Below, piece by piece: positions 52,732 to 64,000 of a DNA stretch of 64,000 bases (its first letter is position 1; each line of letters starts with the position of its first letter). A program made the translations under genes and the position numbers. The notes below the pieces were generated by a model, which ran no database searches, was not told the origin of the DNA, and saw only the letters and a list, made by a program, of their open reading frames with translations. The DNA is from Octopus sinensis (taxonomy: Eukaryota), in the NCBI RefSeq assembly GCF_006345805.1, contig NC_042997.1:136214001-136278000 (forward strand). Reading direction: 5' to 3'.

Positions 52732-53044
52732 AAGTAAATGAAGAAAATGCTGACAAAATAATTTAAGTAATTTAAGTAATTTAATTAGTGAAAGTTCTTT
52801 TTACCGGTTGCGCATTTGTTATGCTTATCAAAAGATGTTTTTTTAAAGAGAGATAGAGTTACTTTCTGATAGATTTTTTCCTCTTATCTGATAAGAGGAA
52901 AAAATCTATCAGAAAGTAACTCTATCTCTCTTTAAAAAAAATCTTTTGATAAGCATAAAAATGCGCAACCGGTAAAAAGACTTTCACCTAATTAAATTAC
53001 TTAAATTACTTAAATTATTTTGTCAGCATTTTCTTCATTTACTT

Positions 53045-53045
<1 letters not shown>
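52731..53045. repeat. Near-perfect palindrome, about 157-bp arms, 1-nt spacer, inside a (TA)n tract
   Basis: Centre cctcttatc-t-gataagagg at 52889; about 3 small differences; right arm has GAA-AGTAACT-C resembling the 3' half of a hammerhead. Confidence 0.92.
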
Positions 53046-53118
<73 letters not shown>

Positions 53119-55399
53119 ATATATATATAAATAATAATATATATATATATATATAATATTTGTATATATACATATTGTATATATACACACAGTATATACA
53201 GAAGAGGTTTTCCTTCATGAGAAAATATGCCCCAGGCCTGCTTGTTGAGAAACATAAAGCAAGTACAGAAATCCCTTGGTTACCATAACCTAAGGCAATT
53301 CTGAAGAGTACAAATGTATTTGTGCATGCATTTATGTGTGTATGTGAGAGGTAGAGATAGATAGAGAGAGAGAGAAAGAGAGAGAGAGGGTGAGTGAGTG
53401 AGTGAGTGAGTGAGTGAGTGAGTGAGTGATTGAGTGAGTGAGTGAGTGAGTGAGTGAGTGAGAAAGAGCGTGTGTGTTATGAGGAGGCAAATTAAATATT
53501 TCGTATCTTCTGAGTTTAGAAAGTCCTTGATTAATAAAATGAGTACCAGGAAAGTAATTTTTTCTATTATAGGCCCAAGGCCTGAAATTTTGAGGGCGAT
53601 TACATTGACCTCAGTGCTCGATAGGTACTTATTTCAAATGTTCATTATATTTAATAGTTCAAATTCTTTTGTTCTTTTTTGTTTTTGTTTTTGTTTTTTT
53701 TTCTCTATGATTTCTATGGTCGATAGAATTGGTCTCACCTAAACACTGGGTAAATTTGATCAAAATTTTGCCACCCTAGAAAAGCGTGCGACTAGGTTTA
53801 TGTAAGAAATTATATTTATTTTCTTACACGAGGAGAAGAAGGCAACGAGTAAGACAATACCCACGATCCTTTAAAAGGCTGCTTAGACAGAGGAGAAAGA
53901 AAAGAAAACACTGCATCACATGCGTTATTTTTAAGCTCTGAGATTTGGTTTCAGTGCATATTAGTGGTATCCGCTAATAGTACCTAAAGACATTGAAGTG
54001 GTGGTTAAACTGATTTCGATATCATATTGTAGTTGTTGTTTGGTTGGTTTGGATACGATATTATATTTTCGGTGTTTGGAAAAATACAGCAGTATTAATG
54101 CTAACAAAATATTTGCTGCCATGACTTTATCTTAGATATGATATTTCTCATAATAGAAGATGACACATTCCAAGAATGTTAACAGAACATTATACGCATG
54201 ATTAGAGGGAGAAAATCTATTGCACCAAAAGCCCCTTTTCAAGATAGTGGATTTTAGCTAAATAGGTAGCTGTTATCACTCCTCATTTCATATATTTTAC
54301 AAGTCATATTTGAAAAGAGATGCATCCATCTCACAAAATGATTACCAGTTCTTTATGTGCAAATAATGTTTCGTACGCGTTTGAGTAGAAAAACAAAAAA
54401 GGAAGTATTGATTATATTGCAGTAAATGTGATAAAAATGTCAAACAAAAATATATTCTGAAACGCTAATACAATAAATGATATGACAAAAATATACTTGT
54501 GTAAAGAGTACTCTTAAAGATAGAAAGTTGCTTGTTGAATTTATTCAATAGGTAATATTGTATAACATTTACCAAGATATCGCCTTCTCTATCGCCAGAA
54601 GATTATTAACTCATCTTAATTTACAAAACCTGTGCTTGACTCTTTTCATAAAGCTTCACCGGTTCTACACTGATATCTCAGCAAATTTGTTTGACTTTTG
54701 ACTTATTCCAAAATACTAATTGAATGATACCATCTTTGCAACCATGATCGTATGTGTCCACGATATACAAATAAATTCACAAACACAAAACATCTGCAAC
54801 TGCAGAGATAATACAGTTTACAAAATTTGGAGGTGGGCGCCTACAATGACCAAATAGAAAGTGTTTGCTCTCCACTGAAATGCTTGCACTAAGTCCATCA
54901 GGAAAGCAATGAATTCGCGGTCGTATTATAAAAAAATTTACTGAATACTACATCACACCTCTCCTCAATAAAGATAGTCATGCAAGCAGTACACTGAGAT
55001 ATCTTCTACTTACTACGCTTATATCTTCATACTAAACGCATACATAAGTACACATCTAAAACTTCTATAGCACTCTCTCTATTTCACTTCGCCATCAACT
55101 CCTTCCCAAAATCACCACATGCGAAACATTTTCCTTTAAATTCAGCCCATCGACTATTATTCTTAAATATTGCTCTTTATATGCAACTCCTATTTCGGTA
55201 GAGCTCTTCGAAATTTCCTTCATTAGAGATATCTATCCCAGTTTAGGTGCTCCATTCTCAGGAAAGATAAACTATGTGATCCAGCAACTACTTTCACTCT
55301 TCCAAACTCACTCCCAACATGTCAAAGGTGATGGAAACGCTTATAAATAGCAACCACCATCACTTGCAGATTAATTTTAAAGAACTACCCATATGTAAG

Positions 55400-55750
55400 G
55401 AGCTTTGTTGCTACTACACAAAGTGACATTCTAGACTGTATTAAAAATAAAACTACCCACAAAATCTCTATGATCTCGAGCGCAACGAAGTGCTATTTTT
55501 CTACTTCTACATCTACTTCAACGACTCCAGTTCATACGAAGCGGCAGGTTTCATACCACCCTTCCCGAATAGATCTGATGCAGCTGTTTCTTTTCTTAAG
55601 GTCATCACTACTGTCTTTCACCTTTTCCCTTCCCAGACCTAGCAATATAAGCATTTTTTTAGTTATTCCTTCAACAATAACTTTTAGGAGTTCTCTCACG
55701 AATTCTGTCCTAATATCAACTAATACGATCTCACCAGCCTGAGCGGTCAT
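55400..55750 (+). mobile_element. Possible Penelope-like RT thumb remnant
   Basis: STSTTPVHTKRQVSYH resembles the PLE SSHPxHTKRxIPYSQ motif; otherwise decayed. Confidence 0.3.
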
Positions 55751-55806
55751 ACAAGAAGTTATGTTACTGCACTTCCTTTTCCGACTAATTAATTAAACTA
55801 TTTAGT

Positions 55807-55906
55807 NNNNNNNNNNNNNNNNNNNNNNNNNNNNNNNNNNNNNNNNNNNNNNNNNNNNNNNNNNNNNNNNNNNNNNNNNNNNNNNNNNNNNNNNNNNNNN
55901 NNNNNN
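55807..55906. other. Assembly gap (100 N)
   Basis: Direct reading. Confidence 0.99.
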
Positions 55907-56659
55907 TATGCACACTTAATGATATACTAATGTGTAAATTTATTCATACATGGAGAGTATTAGGAATTCTATTCTTACCGACACACAAGTATATATATAT
56001 ATATAAATAAATTAATAATAAAACATAACATATATCATACATATATGTACGTACCTACCCTACATGTATATATACATGCATATATGGGTACAGGACACCA
56101 AAAAAACCTCGAACACAATGAGAACGAAAACATAAACCACAAAAACCAAGAAACTGGACATTTTTCTTAAACAAACAAAAAATAGAGTACAGACAAATAA
56201 CACAAGGAAAATTCCCCTTCTTCAGTCGCCATGGTTTCATCTACTCTGCGTTCGAAGGTGAAGGCGATACGCATCTTCGATAGAAACTTTCCTTTCCGCA
56301 AAAAGCAAATTAAATAAAATTTGAGATCTTTTTGCGGAGGTGTAAAAATGGTAACAAAAACAGGACAGTAAAAGACAGGACAAGGAGAATAACAAGACAA
56401 GAAGGGCTGTTGAGCCGAACGAGATAAAGTATTACGAACGCTATTTTTGAGAACGGCGAAGGAGCAACAGAAAATGCCGTCAACACTTCAAGGAAGTCAA
56501 GTCAGAAAGACAGTAGCAAGCTGCTCGTCGCGGGTCAACGACGGGAGGGAGGAGGAGAGCAATATATATATATATATATATATAGATTATATATATATAT
56601 AGATATATACATGTATACATACATACATACACATACATACATACACATACATACATACA

Positions 56660-56695
<36 letters not shown>

Positions 56696-56717
56696 TACAC
56701 ATACATATACATTAGAT

Positions 56718-56782
<65 letters not shown>

Positions 56783-56873
56783 CGTATATGTGTATATATA
56801 TATTTGTGTGGTGGTGTGCGCCGCATATATATATATATACGCACCATATAACGGAACTTCAAGAGTATGCAAC

Positions 56874-56932
56874 ATATGGCTTGAAGAAACCCTGGAAATA
56901 ATCACATCCAGAAAAAACGTAGATGACCATAT
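56874..56932 (+). ncRNA. Degenerate hammerhead-like remnant
   Basis: atatggc-TTGAAGA..ctgga..tccag-aaaaa-ACGT-A-gatgaccatat; atatgg/ccatat pairing. Confidence 0.35.
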
Positions 56933-57653
56933 TATGTAAGTATAGGAACAAAATATCATTAATGGAATTTGAAAAAAATATTTTGAAGCGAAGTAGTATA
57001 TTATAGAACAGTGAAGGAACCTAGGCAAATAAATGAACATACCAATGTTTAAGATAATACATAATATAACAACAGAAACAGTGAAAACGTCACCATAAGA
57101 GGGTTTTATTGATCAATTAATCTGACCAACAAATCCCATTGAATAGCAGCTGACCACCTGCTGAGTTCAGAATTTATAGAGGTGAGTCACGTCTTCATTG
57201 AAATAGAACAAAGAAATGCAGTACCATCCTTAAATCTGCTGAATGAATGACCATTCTTAAAATCTGCAGAATGAATAGCAACTAAATCCAACACCACCAC
57301 ATGCACCCCCATCTTCATATTACAACCATTCTTTCTTTTTTTTTTCTAATCCCATCGCCACCTACTCACTGAACTACGCACATACCGAGATTGGCCTTCA
57401 TACTGGCAAGAAGGGATAAACATCCTTCTGTGGCTTATCCACCAATGCAGTATCGCCTGCTGAAATGAATCAATGACGATGATCAACCGGATGCCCACGG
57501 ATACGACGGACTATACTATACTTATCCCAAGGATACAGACTCTGATGTTAAAGTCACGTGATTTGTGGAAACGTGCTTAGCAATGTTATTAAATATTTAT
57601 AAACTCCATCCTAGAATTATTGTTATTATTATAGGGTCAGGAGTGTCTATATA

Positions 57654-58058
57654 GGCGTAGGAGTGGCTGTGTGGTGAGTAGCTTGATTACCGACTACATG
57701 GTTTCGGGTTCATTCCCACTGCGTGGCATCTTGGTCAAGTGTCTTCTACTATAGCCTCGGGCCGACCAAAGCTTTGTGAGTGGATTTGATAGACGGAAAC
57801 TGAAAGAAACTCGTCGTATATATGTATATATATATATATGTATGTGTGTGTATATGTTTGTGTGTCTGTGTTTATCTCCCCAACATCGCTTGACAACCGA
57901 TGCTGGTGTATTTACGTCCCTATAACTTAGCGGTCCGGCAAAAGTACCGATAGAATAATTAGTAGGCTTACAAAGAATAAGTCCTGGGGTCGATTTGCTT
58001 GACTAAAGGCGGTGCTCCAGCATGGCCGCAGTCAAATGACTGAAACAAGTAAAAGAGT
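57654..58058 (+). mobile_element. Full-length composite tRNA-derived SINE
   Basis: A-box-like tggctgtgtgg, B-box-like ggttcattcc, internal TA/TG tract, tail ggcggtgctccagcatggccgcagtcaaatgactgaaacaagtaaaaga (tail fragment also near 59815). Confidence 0.88.
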
Positions 58059-58204
58059 ATTATGTGTATCCGAGATTAAATCGTTATAACCATAATACAG
58101 CTCAGTAGCCGGCATAATGAAATATGAGCTTTATTTGCATACCTTTAATGCTACCATAAACGAATTTCAAAGATATATATATCTATATGTATGTATGTAT
58201 GTAT

Positions 58205-58243
<39 letters not shown>

Positions 58244-58279
58244 TATAGATATATTAATATATATATATATATATGTATA

Positions 58280-58455
58280 GGGGGCAGAGTTCACGAAAAA
58301 ACAAAAGACGAAGATAGGTGGTGTAGAAAACAAACAGATGTATTAGTATAACGCTCAGGAATTGAAAAAGTATTTTACTTTTCGAGCCTACGCTCTTCTT
58401 CAGAAAGGGACACAGAAAAAAAACAAGGAGAGAAACAAGGAGAGAAAAAATGTGT
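58280..58455 (-). mobile_element. Short Penelope-derived repeat with hammerhead motif (58372-58407); sister copy 61668-61818 (motif 61760-61795)
   Basis: cttt-CTGAAGA-a-gagc-gtag-gctc-GAA-AAGT-A-aaat and ctat-CTGTAGA-a-gagc-gtag-gctc-GAA-ACGT-A-aaag; the consensus of the two is a complete motif. Confidence 0.8.
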
Positions 58456-58963
58456 GTAGTGGCTACCGATATGTATACACCCACACTCACACGCTCACAC
58501 ACACAAGAGTGAGTGAACAACCGTGAAAGAATAACGCTAAACATATTTGGTTCGAGTTACACGTATTTAATAACTGTTTTAATCAGCTCCACATAACAAA
58601 GAAACATGCGCACCGCTTAGTACTCGTCCACCTCTTCAGATGTTAGGCGTCTCCGAAACTTCAAGTCATATGCAGCTGAGTCAAACTGTTATTTTAAATG
58701 TATATATATATATACATATATATGCATATGTGTGTATGTGTGTGTGTACGTTATCTATCTCAAGTTTACTCGTGTTTATCTACATCTGTATCCCTCTATT
58801 TATCTCTGTATATATATATATATATATATAATATATATATATATATACACACACACACATACATATACATATACTCTTAGTCTATATATATATCAGTATA
58901 TTACAGATACGTGTGTGTGAGAGAGAGAGAGTCTGTGTATACGTTGTAAAGATATACCTAAAC

Positions 58964-59025
<62 letters not shown>

Positions 59026-59369
59026 GTAGATAGATAGATAGATAGATGACAGACAGACAGACAGACAGATATACATGCATACACATATACATAACCGCAC
59101 GCGCGTATACCTCGGGGCTTCCAGTCAGTTAAAAGGGAAATAAAATTATCAAAATCTTTTAGAAACTTCGCCATATTACCCTATGTTGGTTTTGTATTGC
59201 ATGTTTCAAAGAAAGAGATAGTGTTGTTCCCGGGTGAGTGTGTAAGGATATGATCACAAACAAGTAGTTGGAATTATCAAGAACAATAAAAGTTATACAT
59301 GAAAAAAAAACATAATCCCATTACACATTTATGACACGCATGCACACAGATACACATATGTGGGTGTGA

Positions 59370-59421
<52 letters not shown>

Positions 59422-59530
59422 TATGTATATATATATACACGTATATATGCATATACACATATATATATATATATATATGTTATATATATTATATATATAT
59501 CATATTAATATATATGTATAGCATATATAC

Positions 59531-59573
<43 letters not shown>

Positions 59574-59590
59574 TATATACATATATTATA

Positions 59591-59629
<39 letters not shown>

Positions 59630-59651
59630 CATATATATATACATATATATA

Positions 59652-59702
<51 letters not shown>

Positions 59703-59717
59703 ATGCATATATACGTG

Positions 59718-59800
<83 letters not shown>

Positions 59801-60579
59801 TCTACGACGGTGCTCCAGAATGACCGCAGTCACATGTCTGACAAGTAAAAACAATAAAACATAAATATATGTGTGTGTATATACACACACACACATACAC
59901 ACACACTCTCACGCATGCTCCTCTTTCATAACGACGCACATTAAAGTAACTTGTCCATTTTATGACAATTCAGTGACTCGTTTTCCTTTTCTGCAGCCAG
60001 TGACCTTGACCAGATTTTTTTTTTTTACAATAGCTTTCTGATAACTTACTATAAGCCTGAAATATTATTTATATTATTTAATACAGTAAACAGGCAGAAA
60101 CATTACATACTTTCACACGAATATCATTCGTTTTAGATTATCGCTCTGTACATCTATATTTATCTTTAAGATCTTTGATGTAAAAACTAACATCGGTTGT
60201 TTGGAGAAAGAGGAAAAAAAGAGAAAGCGTAACAGAAACTGAATGTTTTATTTTCGTACATAGATGCTTTTTCGTTGCTTAATGATAATCTCAAGTACCT
60301 TTTAAATGAATCTTGCTGTGTATGCCTATTTGCGTGCGCGTGTGTGTGTGTTTGTATGCGTGTGTGTATGTATGTGTGTATGTGTGTGTGTGTGTGTCTT
60401 AACATTGAAATTATGAAGGCCATGAACTCAAGAACGATCTCCTGTCATTAAAATAACAACATAGATAGATAGATAAACAGATATACAGACAAAGAGGGGT
60501 AGATATGCATATATTTATATTTATATATACATACATACACATGTACATATGTGTTTATATAGATACTTCTAGATGAATA

Positions 60580-61640
60580 AACGTAGTTTAAAGTCTTTGA
60601 CCACTTTAAACTATTATAAATTTCTGCTAATTGCCAACTTATAAATGGGTGTTTCTCATTGAATTTTTTACAGAGGAAACATTGGCTCTGTTGGAGTCAT
60701 TTCCTTACCCAATTCTTATATTTTGTAGTAGGGACTCTGAATAAGAGAGGAAGATGCGAGACGATTCCCACCATGAAAACTTTTTCGGTCACCTCACATA
60801 AACCAATCAAGATACTGGAGGCCTTCTGACAGATTCATGCTTATTAGAAAACAGTGAAGAGAACAGTGAAGATTGGGGGTAAGAGACTGATGCTTTGGAA
60901 AAATATAAAAAATGATGGTTCAAGAAAATTGGTTAAAATTGACGGTAACTTGAATTGTGCCAAATTCATACAGTTGCTGAAGAATAATTTGATACCAGAT
61001 TTGGATGGAGGTGAGAATTTTCAGCATGATGGTGCTGCATGACACACATCGCGTGCAACACAACAGAGTCTGGCTGATCAAGGTGTTACCATATTGAAAG
61101 ATTGACTAGCTCAGAGCCCTGACTTATATATCATCGAGCAAATATAGACAGAATTAGAGAGAAGAGTTCATTAGAAGAATCCACGAAACCTTGAAGAGTT
61201 GTGAGAGCTCAGCCACAGAGAATGGCATCTCATACCTGTGAAGATGGTGAAGGATTTGTGTACATCTCCTGCCAGGCGCATTGAGGCAATTATTCAAGCT
61301 AATGGAAGCCACATGAAATATTAGCAATGTACAATAACTTCTTAATATGAACATTATGTAATAAATTTTCATTATTGAAAGTTTGTTTTAAAACACTGCA
61401 TCTTGAATGGTCTACGTGAGGTGGCCGAAAACTTTTGCACGGCCATTTTTGAGGGTCGTCTCGCAACTTCCCCTTTCATTCAGAATCCCTACTACAAAAT
61501 ATAATAATTAGGTATGGAAATGACTCCAACAGGGCAAATGTTTCATCTGTAAAAACGCAATGTGAAACATCCACATATAATGTTGGCAATTAGTAAAAAA
61601 TTTACAATAGTTTAAAGCGACCGAACACTTTTGCACGGTA
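60580..61640 (+). mobile_element. Internally deleted Tc1-family element with long (about 230-250 bp) IR/DR-type TIRs
   Basis: TVKIGGKRLMLW, FQHDGAA, QSPDLYIIEQI (DD34E region); about 60600-60815 is the reverse complement of about 61390-61620; ccgaaMacttttgcacgg repeated at 61425 and 61621; terminal TA at 61639-61640. Confidence 0.85.
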
Positions 61641-62037
61641 TTAAGTGTGTGTGAATATATATATATATAGGGAAAGTTTACGAAAAAAACAAGAGACGAA
61701 GATAGGTGGTGTACAAAACAAACAGATGTATTTGTATAACGCTCAGGAATAGAAAAAGTCTTTTACGTTTCGAGCCTACGCTCTTCTACAGATAGGTACA
61801 CAGAAAAAACAAGGAGAGATACATAGGCACTTGTACGTTTTTGTTCAGGGTATGTATATATGTCTGCGTCGTAGAACACTCACATAAACGCAAGTGCATG
61901 TAAACATACACATAAATGCACATACCCAACTAGAGCTCAATACATGTCTATGTATTTTGTTAATCAGCAAAGTGACTGAAGGGCCAAAATCTTCGCAAAT
62001 AGTTCTCTTCACACAGATTTCTTTCTAACATTAACTT

Positions 62038-62068
<31 letters not shown>

Positions 62069-62174
62069 ATGTATGTATATATCGAATGAGCCGTCCTTGT
62101 TTTTTTGTATTGTCTATCTGGATGTTTTGCGTTCTTGTCCCATTTTGCATTTTATTTTATATATATATATGTAT

Positions 62175-62261
<87 letters not shown>

Positions 62262-62384
62262 CGGCGTACGTACACTTTGTTCTCTTATATGTAGTACACA
62301 TTTCACTATATATATATATATATATACGCATGCACGCACACACATACATACTTATGTATATGCATATATATATATATTAGTGAA

Positions 62385-62713
62385 GGCGCATGGCTCAGTG
62401 GTTAGAGCGTCGAGCTTACGATCGTGAGGTTGTGAGCTCGAATCCCGGACCGGGCTGCGTGTCGTGTTCTTGAGCAAGACACTTTATTTCACGTTGCTCC
62501 AGTTTACTCAGCCGTAGAAATGACTTGCGACGTCACGAGTGTCAAGCTGTATCGGCCTTTGCCTTTCCTTTGGATAACACTGGTGGCGTGGAGAGGGGAG
62601 GCCGGTATACATGGGCGACTGCTGGTCTTCCATAAACAACCATGCCCAGACTTGTGACTAGGAGGGTAACTTTCTAGGTGCAATCCCATGGTCAGTGTCG
62701 TGACCGAAGGGGG
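62385..62713 (+). mobile_element. tRNA-derived SINE
   Basis: A box tggctcagtgg, B box gctcgaatccc, body gtgttcttgagcaagacactttatttcacgttgctccag. Confidence 0.9.
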
Positions 62714-62734
62714 AAGGATATATATATTATTGTT

Positions 62735-62991
62735 ATTTGTTCCTTCTCGGGCCGGTTTACCGGTTTCCTTGACGTATAGGTTCTCCACCTGGACGGTACG
62801 CTGGTCCGTCGCAGATGAGTTGCAAGATGCAGGAAGAAAGAGTGAGAGAGAAAGTTGTGGCGAAAGAGTCAGCAGAAGTTCGCCATTACCTTCTGCTTGA
62901 ACCGCGTGGAGTTTAGGTGTTTAGCTCATAAATACACACATCGCCCTGTCTAAGAGTCGAAGCCGCGATCCCTAACCACTAGGTCATGTGC

Positions 62992-62995
<4 letters not shown>
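62735..62995 (-). mobile_element. tRNA-derived SINE, different body
   Basis: Minus-strand head gaggcacatgacctagtggttagggatc...ttcgactc. Confidence 0.75.
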
Positions 62996-63036
<41 letters not shown>

Positions 63037-63459
63037 ATATATATATATATATATATAAACAGTGCGAGTGCTTATTTTAATTTTTATTGGCAGAATGACC
63101 CTCCATTGGCACAATAAAATATGTCTATTCAATTGCTGGGGTTAATATGTTGCCTGAACACTCAATTGATTGTTAGTCTTCTCTGCTAAAGTAATTTCGT
63201 CGTTAATGGCGAGCTCATTAATGGCATGTCCTCACTCATATACACATAATGAACTCTCTCGACGAAGACGATGTATGAGCGTTCAGCTTTTTGCCGGGAC
63301 GCCCTAACAAATGAATCGTTTATAATGATCAAATGTATGTACTGCTCATTAGCTCACGCTTTCCCATCTAATCGACGTTATTTGAACAGGTGCACGGTGT
63401 GCCACGCGTCAGCTATTGAAATGATCACATACACACACACACACACTCACACACAACAT

Positions 63460-63494
<35 letters not shown>

Positions 63495-63509
63495 ATAGCA
63501 GATATATAC

Positions 63510-63540
<31 letters not shown>

Positions 63541-63563
63541 ACATATATACATACATAATATAC

Positions 63564-63625
<62 letters not shown>

Positions 63626-63638
63626 TGCATATATATAC

Positions 63639-63670
<32 letters not shown>

Positions 63671-64000
63671 ATATATATATATTATATATATATATATAAT
63701 ATATTATATATATATATATGCACACGAGTGAGCAGATAAATGCAAAAGAAGATGGAAAAATAGTAATCGAATGCCAAAAATAAAGTAATATGCAATTTTT
63801 GTGATATTTTTGCAGCTTTAATAAAAATGTATGCGTGTGTGTGTGTGTGTGTGTATTTATACATGTATTTATATGTGTATATATGTGTACATTTACGTAT
63901 GCCTGCATCCATATATGTATTCTAAGTGTTCTGAATGAAATGCGTTAAAAAGTGGCTGTTTACTTTTATTTCATGAAAATATGCTGATTGATTGAGTAGT

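Noticed and set aside
56170-56235. Minus-strand CTGAAGA-a-gggg motif
   Set aside because: No closing stem II or GAAA downstream; at most a Penelope-type remnant
62385-62460. tRNA-like sequences (also 57654 and 62995)
   Set aside because: A/B boxes are present but continue into SINE bodies, with no complete cloverleaf or acceptor stem
1789-63912. Numerous ORFs rich in YI, CV, HT, YLSI and MYVC repeats
   Set aside because: Translations of (TA)n, (TG)n, (AGAT)n and (TATG)n microsatellites, which lack stops in some frames

Overview
Eukaryotic, AT-rich, microsatellite-dense non-coding DNA (large intron or intergenic), most likely octopus/coleoid cephalopod. The species is inferred from the SINE/LINE repertoire and repeat content, not verified by search. 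No host exon was recognised, and most tracked ORFs are microsatellite translations. The window is a patchwork of decayed mobile elements: two mariner copies with TIRs and TA duplications, an IR/DR-type Tc1, a hAT fossil, a non-autonomous Helitron, MITEs, tRNA-derived SINEs, and non-LTR retrotransposons. The latter include an RTE interrupted by a nearly intact CR1-type element with a 6-bp TSD, plus BovB-like RTE, R4/Dong-like, Hero-like and Penelope-like remnants. The stand-out signal is about 18 minimal type-I hammerhead-ribozyme-like motifs (roughly 10 with a near-complete core) with palindromic stem III, carried by short Penelope-type repeats. These repeats mostly form head-to-head palindromes and often end at (TA)n tracts. 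They include a retrozyme-like 272-bp tandem dimer, recurrent U4C cores, and a family with the C3:G8 core pair swapped to G3:C8, whose covariation with a canonical relative is visible within this window. Hammerheads in Penelope-like elements are established; whether these particular variants are described or catalytically active was not checked. All alignments, folds and counts were done by eye.
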